The notes under the pieces: generated by a model
Databases searched by the model: none
The model's input: the letters and a program-made list of their open reading frames with translations, nothing else
What the model was told of the DNA's origin: nothing
Source: the human T2T-CHM13v2.0 reference genome, Homo sapiens
Reading direction: 5' to 3' (one strand)
Length of the DNA: 64,000 nucleotides
Assembly (NCBI RefSeq): GCF_009914755.1
Contig: NC_060936.1
In this document: piece after piece, positions 44,437-60,300 of the stretch
Position numbering within the stretch: position 1 is the stretch's first letter
Layout of the letters: each line of letters begins with the position of its first letter
Made by a program: the position numbers and the translations under genes

Positions 44437-45024
44437 ATATGTAAAGTAAATTGAGTCAAATATGTTGTTCATACTCACTTGTTGCTACTTTATTTGGAAG
44501 ATTTTAATGACACTGTTGGCCTTTTTCAAATTGTAATAAGTGCCGTATGATGGCGTAGGCTCTGCTATGTTTTATGTTGTGCAGAGCATTATGTTTTTAA
44601 GTTGAAAACATACTGCAATTTTGGTGTTGGTTTTTGTGCATTTTTGTGACTTGAAGAATTCTAACACTTGATGGCAGTAGTAGCTCATTCAAAATACAGT
44701 CAGCAACAATTCCTATACAAAACAAACTGACAAGTAAACAACTCATTTTTGTGTTTTATCATGAATTCCATTTTTAAACAATTCCAGGTTGCAGTATTAA
44801 TTACCTTTTATTCTTGTCGTAGAATTGGGTGTTTTTATTATACTTCAGCATTTTTCAATTGGCTTTGAAAAAGCAAACCTCTGCCAATTAAACTTGTAAA
44901 TAAAATTCTTCAGAGAAAAGTTAGATATGCCCGATCCAGTCAGATAAATGAAATTCAACAAATATTTTTTAGATCCATCTATGTCACTAATACAGTGCTA
45001 TGTGATACAAAAATAAATAGAATG

Positions 45025-45860
45025 CATGCTTGCCTATAAGTAGTTTTAAAGTATAATGTATTCTGGGGCAGTAGGATGCAGTGCTCATTTTTTCTTGGCA
45101 AATAACCTGTAATATTTAAAGAAAAATAAACATATATGGCAATTGAATAGTAAAAAATAGCAATTTGATGCTTAAAAATACATGTTCTGTCAGGCTTGCC
45201 TTTTCCTACTGCAGACATCCACGCAGCAGGATTTTAAAACCAAAGGGTCAACGCCATCTTGTGGTCACAAAGGCTAAGTACAAAGTATTAAGCCTTTCTA
45301 GCTTTTCAAAGCTGAGATAGAGATTCAAAGGGCATATTGCTTTCTCTTAATAATTTGGGAAGTTTTGGGGTTAGTTTGCAGATTTTTGAGGTGTGTTGTG
45401 CATCAGGGAACACCATTGTGGTTTTTTCCATTTATGAATCCTCGAGTCATTTTAAGCAAATTTTGAAGAGGGAGTTAACTTTGTGATGACAATGTTTCTA
45501 TAGATTCAGAGAAATAAGAAATGCCAGTTTTACAAATCGTAGTACTATGTGTAGATATTATTTGCTACCACCTCTTGAAATTATTATTGATCCTATAACA
45601 ATTCAAGATTTTCAGAGGATTAGCACAACATATTGTAGTTATCACATCTGAAAAACCTGGGCACTCAGAAATACTTAGATAGGAATTGTTAGCCTGGTCA
45701 TGTTTGCTTATAAGTAGTTTTAAAGTATAAAGTATTATGGGGCAGTAGGATGCAGTATTCATTTTTTTCTTGGCAAATAACCTGTAATATTTAGAGAAAA
45801 ATAAACATATATAACAACTGAATAGGAAAAAAAACAATTTGATGCTTAAAAATATACGTT
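45025..45860. repeat. Pair of 162-bp direct repeats (45025-45186 and 45699-45860)
   Basis: Aligned by eye; long identical blocks such as tataagtagttttaaagtataa and ttcttggcaaataacctgtaatattta. Confidence 0.9.
45250..45268 (-). promoter_or_regulatory. CTCF-like motif overlapping a YY1 core
   Basis: Minus strand TGACCACAAGATGGCGTT. Confidence 0.55.
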
Positions 45861-47798
45861 GTGTTTTAATCAGAAGTCAGTTTTAAATTTAGAGTTTTCA
45901 GATAAGAATATGAGGTATTTGAAATGGCCACTTAAATATGATACATTTAGCAGGATCACTAAAATATTATCATCACAATTTAAGAGTTATAGTGAACACT
46001 TTGTCCTTCTAGAGTTCATGTCAAACTACATCTGCAAAGCCACCTTGTCAGTAGGCAGTCATAATGCCTGTGAGAATGTCGGTTAGCACCATAACATTTG
46101 TATAATATTGCCCTTTTTATCCCAGTATTTTATTTATTTCATTTTATTTCTTGCTAAAATCTCTTCTTCCCCCATATTCTGTAATAATTGTATGCTGAGT
46201 AGGCTGTGAGGACAGAAAGTTATTCTATGACATTTGTGGGGGGAGATCTGTTATCATCAATAATGTTCTTGTAGGCAGGACCTCATTAAGACTTCCATGG
46301 ACCCCTTTCTTCATAAAAAATTAATTAAACTCTATTTTATGGCTTGTTGCTACAGAAAAGAATGTAATCCAGGTTTGACTGATTATTGCACATATATTAT
46401 TATTACCACATTCTCTTTATTTTAAAAGAAACTAAATATTTTCATATGTTCTGAAGGCTCTTGCAAGCTGTGGGCACTGTGCCGACTGTACCTAATGAAT
46501 AAGTCAGTACTGTCTGCTGGGAGTCTCCACTTACCCTGATGGCACTAAGTATCTCAGTCCATCTTTTTGCTGATTTTCCAGAGGCCAGGTATCTGGAGGA
46601 CTACTCTGGCCTCGGTAAATGGTCCCTCCACGGTGCTTGAAATAAGGCACTAGACCAGTGGGAAGTCACTGTTGCATACGAAAAGCCGGTGCTGATCTTT
46701 GCATCTTTGTCCAGCCTGTACACCATTTTCTTTATTTTATAAAACTGGAAAAAGTCATATCTGTGGTACTTTAGGTGCAACAATGGAGTCAAATGGCACA
46801 GGATTTAGGAGTCGGCTGTGGATCCAGGCCAAGTTATTTAAGCTCTCTTCTCTGATTTGTGACTTGGAATAGTGATTATCTCCAGCTCCTAGGATATTGT
46901 GAATTAATACATGCTGAAAACCTTAGTAGATGCCTGGCACATAGTTTGTATCCAATAGCTGGTTGCTATTATAACAATGTGTGTATACATGAATTAACTT
47001 TAAAACAACATTTAGTATGCTTCAAAGTTAAACGCCAGGCCTAAAAATGATTTTCTGACACTATCCTCTAAAGTATACTGTTATATGGCTCCTTCTATTT
47101 TATAGCAGTGATGTTGTATAGCTCTTATTTCTATTTTAGTAAGAGTTGTGCAAAGTTGTCCTGTGATTGTATGGACACTCTGGGAGCTACAAGTTTGTCC
47201 ACTGACAGTGTTAATCATTTAACCTCATTAAAATGCGTACACAATAAGATATAGCAAATGATTTTTCTTTCGCCCTTATTACTTTCATTTATATTTCCCA
47301 CAAAGGCAAGCAAAAGTAACATTAGAAGATAGTTTTGGCTAAAAATATGTCTACATGTTTAAAATAACTAAATTTTTCAAAGAATCATTGCAATTCTTTT
47401 TCTTAAACTATAACAAGAGAATCAAAACCAAATCATCCACTTGTCTACCTCATTGGCACAGCAGAAATTGAAAAGTCAGTGACATTGTATATTTCTTTGT
47501 CCACATAGAGACATCATCAAAGGATGACTATTCCATCCCAGAGAAACAATAATAAAAGGCTTTCATTAAATGTTACTGTTTCCTTATTATTCCCACTACT
47601 ATCATCACTATTTTTTTATGTGTTTCTAGGAGGATTTAAGAGTAGAGAAAGAAGGTCATTATCTATGGTGCATCACCACTTGCTTATACTACTAGGATTT
47701 GGAGATTGTGTTAGGTAGAATTTTAAAGATAGGTCTCTGAGATTCCTGCCTTCTGGTTATTCAAACATTCTTCTAGGTACTGTTAAAATACAATTACA

Positions 47799-48211
<413 letters not shown>

Positions 48212-49204
48212 TTAATTGTCTCTTTTTTAATATGTTAATTCAGAAATAGGCTATGAAGTGATGAAAAGATTTGATACTAAACCATCTTAGTAAAGTTCTA
48301 GAGAATTATGTACTTTCCCACACTGTTGGTGAAAGTTTAAGTGGTTACACTGTCTTTGAAGGGCAATTTAGTAATGTTTATTAAAATTCAAAATAATAAT
48401 CTTTGACCCAGAATTCTACTTGCATGATTTTATCAATACATGTACTCTCACATGTATACAAACTTATTCATGTTCAAGCAAGGGTATTCTTTGCAGTTTG
48501 GTGTAAATGAAAAAAATGTACATCCATGTGATGGACTGATATGTGGTTTTCAGAATCAGTACAGCTATATGTGCTGATATGGAATGATCATCCAGCAATA
48601 ATTTTAAATTAAACAAGCAAAGTTCAGAATAGTGTTTATCTTCTGTACTTAAAAATGCATATTTTATGTATAAATACACACATTCTGGTGAAATGCACAT
48701 GTAGCATGTACACATATGTATTTGTGTAAAAAAGAAAAAGTTACTTATATGCAAGTTTTTGTTTCTTGTGGAAATCTTTATAAAATTATGCAAGAAAACA
48801 TTATTTCTGAGGAGTAGACCTGGAGGTGTTGCAGCTGGAAGGAAACTTACCTTTCATTGAATACTCTTTTATTGTCTTTCAGTTTTGAACCATGTATGTG
48901 CCTGTATTATGATTATACATTTTAGAAAGACGAACTCTCCTTAGAAAGTATTACTTCTTCCCTAATATGATTATCATATCATCTTCTTTCCATTTTCTAT
49001 ATTTTATTTTTCTTACAGGCACACAGAAATACACTACATAACTAATCAGTTTATCGAAGATCTAAAATGAGTTGTCAGCTCTTTAAAATAATAAAAAGTT
49101 ATAATTCAAAAACTGCAGGTTATGTGTATTATTGTTGGATATGATTATTTGCATGGTGTCATTATAATGACTATTTCACAAGGCCATTATAATTTTCAAA
49201 TACA

Positions 49205-49210
49205 TTTATT
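49205..49210 (-). terminator. EPYC: Probable distal EPYC polyadenylation signal (AATAAA)
   Basis: tttatt on + strand about 455 nt past the stop; further AATAAA at 49342, 49473 and 49622. Confidence 0.55.
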
Positions 49211-49663
49211 CTTTTTTTCATGCTCTTTAATGGATTAGGGGAATAAACATGCTTTAGTGAAAAAAAAAGGAAGAGAAAAGTTTAATTAAAAACATCTAAA
49301 TCTTGGCAAAAATACCTAAAGTGTTCATTTCAAAATTTTACTTTATTATGTACTTAATTTGAAATGATATAGGATATGAACTCCTAAAACTTGCAAGTGA
49401 TACATGATCTATAAGAACATGTGTGAAATATTTTCTATCACTTAGTTTTGCTCTTTTTGTAAATGTTATAGGTTTATTCCTAACTCATCTGGTGTTTTCT
49501 TAAATTACTACATTTTCATTATAACATTTTTAATTGTATTTTATGTAGTCATATCATCTCTCAGAACACAATCTCAAAGTATCATGCTGAGTTTTGTTTT
49601 GGAAGAGAGCAGTAAGAATGGTTTATTTATAGTAGCCATCGTAATGCTAACCATTATCTGAAA

Positions 49664-49834
49664 TTAGACAAGGCTCCCAACAGGCAGACGAGGTAGACAC
49701 ATGTATGCTTGAGGAGTTTTGCTGAGATTAATAGGGTTTCCATCCAATCGAATGTCCTCTAGTGCCTTACGAATATAAGTCAAATTTTTAACATTGCAGA
49801 ACGTATCTTCGTGCATTTCCAGAATGTTGTTATT
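49664..49834 (-). CDS. EPYC: Epiphycan last coding exon: NNNILEMHEDTFC...AYMCLPRLPVGSLV-stop
   Basis: Read manually; ttttag acceptor, 56 codons plus TAA at 49664-49666; C-terminal Cys pair typical of SLRPs. Confidence 0.93.
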   Translation of the reverse strand, partial: NNNILEMHEDTFCNVKNLTYIRKALEDIRLDGNPINLSKTPQAYMCLPRLPVGSLV

Positions 49835-50374
49835 CTAAAAAAGATGAAAATAAATTATGACAAGATATAACACATTCTTAGTATTGATTGATAGCGCAGT
49901 CCACTGTGCTTCACCCTTGTTTTTATTCTTTTGTTATTTTCCTCAATCAAAATTACTTAATGTATATGCCAAGCACTTTCTAAGCAATGGGGGTAAATTA
50001 GGAAATAGACATGCTCCTGTTTTTAAGGAGCTTATACTTCAGTAAGAGAAATACAATTTGAGGTGAGAAAACTACTGAAAGAAAAACAAGTTATTTCCAA
50101 AAATGATGAGTATTGTGAAGAAAATAGGATGACTATGAAAAGTTATCTTTAGAGGTAACAATTGAACTGAGAATGGATTGACAAGAAGAAAAAGGCATGG
50201 AAAAAAAACAAGGGAAGAACATTCTAGGCACAGAGAACATCAGGTTTAGAGTCCTGAGGAATCAACATGGAATGCTCCTCCCTCAACATTCGACATTCAA
50301 GTCAATGTGGCTGAAGTGAGGGGAAGGAAGGAGGGAGCAAATATCCGGAAGATAAGCAGGGCCCAGGACTGGAT

Positions 50375-53670
<3,296 letters not shown>

Positions 53671-54502
53671 TCAATGAGGAATAATACATGTTTTGTGCCT
53701 ATTAACTCTGCTATTCCCTTTGATATGTGATAGATATGTGTTGTTAATAACTGTGACTTACATTTAAGTATTTATCATATATCAGTAGCTATATTAAATG
53801 CTTTATAAACATTGTTTCATTCATCCTCCCAGCCATCCTGTATAGAAGATCACCTTTTAATCCACATGAGAAATCAGAAATGCAGGGAGTTTCAGATAGT
53901 TTTGGGTCTAGAATTTCAGCCCAAGGCATATGCTTTTGCCAGAGCCTTCAGTTTTAACTGCTATACTACATGTTGGCAAACATTTTCCAAATGAATAAAA
54001 AAGGGGATTTATTTATGTATTAAAAATACAGAAGTTGAAGACAATGTAAGCTAAAAACAGACATATATATATTGGATGTTGTGAGCTGACAGTGACGGAG
54101 AAAAAAATTTTAAGTTGCACTTATTGACTTTCAAAGCTTAGAATGGGAATGTAAAAGCTGTTACTTTAAAAAATTCCCTCATATTATATATACAAACTAA
54201 TTATGTTTAAATATAACATCAAAGACTTGTTTTATTGGTAGAATCAATATCACCCCAGATAATAGTAATAAAATTTAATTCATAATTGGAAAACACATTC
54301 TAAAATCTCTAAGTACTCCCTTGGAAATCTTTCCTTCAGTCATAAACAAGGAAAGACATCTTTATATGCATAGAAATTCACCCCCAGAAAAAAAGAGAGA
54401 GCCATCCAGAAATCAAACCAAATGGCTAGAAAATACATATACAATAGGCAAGTAAACAAATCAGACAAACCTACAAAAGAGACAGATATCCAAGACACAG
54501 AC

Positions 54503-54571
54503 ATATATACATATATATATATATAGTGTGTGTATATACATATATGTATAGAGATATATATTTATATATAT
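54503..54571. repeat. (TA)n/(TG)n compound microsatellite
   Basis: Directly visible. Confidence 0.85.
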
Positions 54572-55551
54572 GTAGACACCAAAAATATGAAAATATTTAT
54601 ATTAATAGGAAAAAAAGAAAAGGCACAAAGGTAAATATTCACAAAATCCACAAGGGGAAACACAGGAATTCATGTCCAGCTCTTAAATAGCAAAATCACT
54701 TTTTGTACATTTTCTGCCATAAAAGATAATGTTAAACTATAATGTTGTTTCTTTGAGCATGAAATGGGTGTTTTCTCTATATATTTATTCCATAGAACAG
54801 ATCAATTGATTAGAGAATGTTGATTATAGCTACAAACTAAAATTTACAACTGAAATAAGAAATAATTTATATTTAACAACCAAAAATATTCATTATGATT
54901 GAACAATTTTTTAATCACATAGGTGAAAATAAAATATTATTCATTCATTAAACTAATCAAACTGAATACTTCAAAGATAACATGTAGCTTAATGGGCTTT
55001 AAAATAACCAAAACTTTCAAATATGGTGTTTAAAAAAAAAAAAACCTGCACTTTGTTTATCCAGAGAGATGGAGCTTGCCATCTCTCAGCACATAGGAAT
55101 GCCTTAGGACTGAATTTAATTCAATACATAAAACCTAAAATCACAGGCTGAAACTGATGTTTTTTTTTTCCCCTGACAGCTAAATGTCAAGTTAGATTTT
55201 TATTTCTCCCTTTTCTTTTCCACTTCTAATCTTTTCATTTTCTTCAACACGTGAAACTTTCAGTGGTTTTTTTTCTAAAGAAGATTTGTGTACCAAAAGG
55301 ATGCATTTTGCCTTGGAAAATAAGAAAAAGAGTAAAGTTATCAGAATTCAATTAGAATAGATAGAGCTATGAATGTATAAAGATAGCTTTGTACTCAGAT
55401 AAAGAGAGAGAATAAATGAGAAAAGAGAAAAAGAAGAAAAGTTATCACAGTGTGTCAACATGCCATTACAGACAAATTCTTGTGTCCTGATGTCCTTTTT
55501 GGCTTTGCTTTCTCTGAAGCCCTTGGGCGCACCTTACTGGTAGACTCCTAC

Positions 55552-55647
55552 CTGGAGGTGAAGGGCTCGTAGATTTTCTGGGAGTGGCAGAGGGATGTGG
55601 TCCAAGTTGTTATCAGTGAGGTACAGATGATGGAGATCATACATGTC
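55552..55647 (-). CDS. EPYC: Epiphycan coding exon (probably exon 6): DMYDLHHLYLTDNNLDHIPLPLPENLRALHLQ
   Basis: Not in the ORF track; read manually. tttacag acceptor, gtagga donor; 96 nt, phase 0 to 0; LRR consensus continues in frame. Confidence 0.93.
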
Positions 55648-56895
55648 CTGTAAACATTCCAAATGTGGGAACTCAATAAAAACTCAATAAAAACTCAATA
55701 AGAAATAAAAAACACAGCTGTATTTCCCATTCCCTCTACATGCAGATATTTGTAAAATAGCATGTTCCAGTTCAGGTCTTGTTTTGTAAAGTTGAGGCAG
55801 CTTAGTTTTCTGAGTTACTAGACAATTCAGATGAGTTTTGGAAAAATTGGCTACAAGCAAATATTTCTTCATAAAAATACAATGTGTTTCTCAGTCTCTA
55901 GGAAGAACCATGTTTTGTTCAGTCTGACTTTCTCAATTTAAGCAAGGCTGCTTCTTCCTATGAAAGGCATTCTGCAGTGGGATTTTGAGGATTTTGATGA
56001 GGCATAGCAAGCATTTCCTTTATTTTATAGGCATGGAAACAAAGAGTTCCTCCCCAGCAATGGCCTGGTAGCCCAACTACCAGAAAAGGGCAGCCTAGCA
56101 AGACAAAAAACATTTAGACAATAGCTGTTCTACTCTAGCCAAACACCCTAGAATAAACTGTGACTCATCACCACCTGTGCCAACACAGGCAGAGTGGGCA
56201 GACTAGACTATGACCCTTGCCTGGCTATAGTGAGATGCCCTAACTCCCATAGCTACCATTGATGGTATCACTGGAGGCCTAGCAGAGAGACAGGGCATTT
56301 GCCACCACCCAGTGGTTATGAGGCCACACTATCCCCTGTGCCATCCCTGAGAATACTGTGGTGTCTCTCTAAAGAGTATTTTACAATTACATGTTCAGTG
56401 TACACTGAGAGGGGCTGCTTGAATGCCATAAGAGGAGGCAAGAAAGCCAGTTGGTTACTGTTCTCAGACCCTATGCTGTTTTTCAAAGCAAGTCCTCTAG
56501 CCCCAAACCTGCTTGCTTCACATAGAAAACAAAATCTCTAAGGCTAACTGAATCCATCCTCTTTATAAGGTCATTTAGTAGCCTTCTGTCTTCAAGACAC
56601 TGCCCATTCCCTGCCAAGTAGCTATCCTTTTAGCCAGATAGTCTTTCTGAGTGTAGGGTCTGATCAATACAGATTCTCTGGCTTGTACCACTTCCAGGTG
56701 CTCCTGTAGATGGTGCTTCTGTAGATGGTGCTTCAGGTAGCCACCAACTTCTTATTCTGGCCCTGCTTTCTGTTTTTGGTACTTGATCACCCTCACAATG
56801 TACCAGAATATGGTGTTTCTCAGAAGCATGACAGATGCAGTTGGGAAGTTTATCTTGAAAGTTAAAAGTCTCACTAAATTAAATCCCCTTATAGA

Positions 56896-57182
56896 AGTTG
56901 AGCATAGTGACTCACACCTATAATCCCAGTACTTTGGGAGGCCGAAGCGGGAGGATCACTGGAGCCCAGGAGTTCGACACCAGCCTAGGAAATATGGCGA
57001 AACCATGTCTCTACAAAAATATACAAAATTTAGCCAGGCATGGTGACACGCATCTTGTAGTCCCAGCTACTTGGGAGGCTGAGGCAGGAGGATCATCTGA
57101 GCCCAGGGAGGTCGAAGCTGCAGTGGGCTGTGATCGCACCACTGCACTCAAGCCTGGGTGACAGAGTGAGACCCTATCTCAA

Positions 57183-57221
<39 letters not shown>
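56896..57221 (+). mobile_element. Alu (J-type) with (TAAA)n tail
   Basis: Full dimer; tetranucleotide repeat at about 57181-57221. Confidence 0.9.
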
Positions 57222-57311
57222 ATTTATTTTCCCTACACGAATAAAAAAGGTAGTCAATGACAGCAAATAAAATTGGAAGATAAAAGTCTGCATATCAAAC
57301 TTAAAACTTAC

Positions 57312-57514
57312 TTTAAATGCTTCTTGCTTTATCCCTTTCCTTCCAAGTCTATTGTTGCTAATATCAATAAATGTCAAAGTGGTTGGCAATTCTGGGAGCT
57401 GCCTTATTTTGTTGTCACGCAGGACAAGCTCTCGAAGTTGAGGCAGTTTTCGGAATGCATCTTCATCAATCTCAGATATTAAATTTGATGTCAGATCAAT
57501 CCTTTTTAAATCAC
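57312..57514 (-). CDS. EPYC: Epiphycan coding exon (probably exon 5): leucine-rich repeats
   Basis: ctag acceptor, gtaagt donor; 203 nt, phase 1 to 0; LRRs LKRIDLTSNLI, LRELVLRDNKI, LTFIDISNNRL. Confidence 0.95.
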
Positions 57515-58333
57515 CTAGCAGAAAAAAATAAAGGAAGTAATTAAATATTCTTGTTTTGCTCACATAAAAATATAAATGTAATTTTCCTTTATTTTGCAAA
57601 TATAAATTTAGCAATGCACAGTTAATGAGATGATTATCTTTCTTTTTATAAAAAATTATTTCCTCCAAATACTATTCATATTTATGTACTTAGGAGTATA
57701 ACTTTAGCAAAGAAATTGGTACACCACGTTTAAAATAACTGGTCTTCTCTCCATAATCTTCATAAAGTTTGTCTGGATTTTGTCATTTAAAATGTTTCCC
57801 TCAATGATAAAGACTGTTGTGTTTTCTAATAGTCAAAGATACAGGCATTAGAAAGAAATCTTCAAATGATTAAAACACTTTATGACAACACATACCAAAA
57901 TTCTTCTAAGTTGGCAACAACTTTAAAGTCAGAATTTAGGCTTACATTCATCCATCATAAAGCAACTATGCTTTAGTGGAAGTTTATTTTTAAAAAGCCA
58001 ACTCCTCATAAATATGACCACAATATTTTACTCATAATGTCATAATATGATAAAACATTCCAGCATGTACAATATAATTATTTATTATGCATATTTAGTT
58101 TAAATTGCTCATTTGAAAACATCACCTATATGGTTTTGAAATGACCATTGCTTATTTGTTGTTTTTCTTATAATTGTTAAAGCAAACTCTCAAATTTTTA
58201 AATAACAAAAAACTATTGATTCATGAACCAGGCTTTGGCATTCAAGTTTCATTCTCAGTGCTAACATTTAACAATGTAAAAATTTAAAGGAAGTGTGTAA
58301 AGCGGTGAAGGCCGTTAATGCTGTCATCCATAC

Positions 58334-58492
58334 TTAGGCTTGCAAAGTCATTTTTGTTGATCTTTTTAATTCTGTTAAAGCGGGAATAGAAATAAGCGGT
58401 GTTCTTTGGCAGCGGAGGAATAGCATCAAGTTCATGGTCATCACAGTACACGGTGGTACTTATACAAGTACACAAAAGACAGGTTGGAAAGT
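58334..58492 (-). CDS. EPYC: Epiphycan coding exon (probably exon 4): N-terminal Cys cluster and first LRR
   Basis: tttag acceptor, gtatgg donor; 159 nt, phase 1 to 1; CLLCTCISTTVYC fits the CX2CXCX6C pattern of class III SLRPs. Confidence 0.95.
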
Positions 58493-58879
58493 CTAAAAGA
58501 TAAAGGAAAATAAAATTAAATGTAAGTACCAAATCAATTTCTAAGAAATAATGTGGAATGTTTGATACACAAGATTAGAGTCTCCCACTAACCAAGTAGA
58601 TTTTATATTTTCTCGTAATGCTTTCTGTAAATAGAATATTCAAGTCAAGCATACCAATTAAAATTGTCTCAACAATTAGTATATTCAATGTAACATTTTA
58701 AAAATAATTTAAAATTAGTACTTTTCTATTAGAAATTCTATATTCAAAATTTAAACATTATTATTGTGCTTTTCATAAAGTTAAAATATCACATGTAATA
58801 TTTTCATTAAGTCTTTGGTTTAATAATGAAACATTTCACTAAAACAACACTTGCTTCAAGAAAAATAAAAGATAATAAT

Positions 58880-59548
58880 TATTAATATTCAGTTGCTCAA
58901 TACATATTATTGAATCCTTTCTATGTAAATGGCACCATGGTAGCTGGTGAAACAGTGGTGAGCACAAAGAACACAGTTGTGTTTTATGATCTGCTTTGTG
59001 AAATGAATGTTAATCACACAAATGAAATTATGAATGTGATAAATGTCATGAAGTGTCATCTGAACATAACATAGGGGGATTTGACCTAGTCTGGAAGTCA
59101 TGGAAGGCATCTCTGAAGTGAAAGCTGAGCTGAGATCAGCAGAAGAGGAATAATTGACTATGCAGGTAGGACAGGAATGGTATGCCAGGCAGAGGAAGCA
59201 GCATATGCCTTCACTTTGGAGGGACTGAAGGATAGTCCATATGGTTAAAACTCAGAGAGCATTGGAATGTATGGGACATAACATGCAGGGGCCTTGTAGG
59301 CTGTGCTACAGCTTTTATTCCTTCCCATAAGGATGGGCAGAGGTATCATACGATGCGGTTTGCATGGTAAGAGTTAAGTCTGCTGGAAGATGTAATGGAA
59401 GACTGAAGCAGGGCAACTGGAAAAAGTGGAAGTGAATCATAGTGTAGACAAAAGATGGTAACAATTAGAGGAGGCAATGGAACCAAAAATGTTTCTGAGG
59501 CTGGGTTTTATCTTGACATACTGATTTTTCTTTTCTGTCTTACACACA

Positions 59549-59587
<39 letters not shown>

Positions 59588-60300
59588 CTACCTCTCCACC
59601 CCTTCTTCATTTTCTGTTTAGTGATCATGGAGAGGACAGTAAACTTCTAAAGGAGATGGAGAATTAATGATCAGAGGAAAGGAGGAGAATCAGGATAGGG
59701 CAATGTCATGGAGGCCATGTGGGGAGAGAGTTTTAAGGGAAAGGAAATAATCAACAACCTAAGCCTCCTGAGATGTCAGGTAAGTTAAGGACTGAAAAAT
59801 GTTCTTGGATTAGTTATTGCAGTGGTTATCAGAGCATTTACAAGATTTGCAAAGTGAGGGAGCTGAAAGCCAGATTACAGTCCATTAAGGGAGAAGTTGG
59901 AAGTAAGGGAAAAGTTGCCACAAATGTTGAAAATGCTGAGAGGTTTGTGAAGAGCAAGGGATGAGACATAGTGATATCTATAATAAAATATGCTTGGGGT
60001 TTGTTTGATGAAGGGAGTGATTAACATGGAAGGAATTTGGAGAAAAAGATCCAGAGGAGGTGAATTTGAATATAAAAAGGATCATGAGAGGACAGTAGGA
60101 AATAGAACTCAAAGAACATGGAAAGATTTTCATCCCACTTGTGGAAGGACAGAGTGTCTTTGTTGTGCTAGAAGGAGAGGGAGATAGAAGAGCACATTGA
60201 TATAGATGTAGGTAGATTATTTGTCTGGAAACAGGAAGACCAAGGAGCTGCTGACTGAGAAATTGCATTTTCTTTGTGAAGTAGGAAGTTAAGTTATCTG
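58880..60300. mobile_element. L2 LINE fragments
   Basis: Purine-rich degenerate L2-like sequence; limits approximate. Confidence 0.5.
59543..59585. repeat. (CA)n microsatellite
   Basis: Directly visible. Confidence 0.95.

Noticed and set aside
56704-56734. 15-bp tandem duplication ctgtagatggtgctt
   Set aside because: Ordinary deep-intronic microduplication.
57174-57668. 164-aa ORF with LRRs
   Set aside because: Only 57312-57514 is exon; the rest is intron read-through. The same applies to 58284-58532 and 63478-63759.
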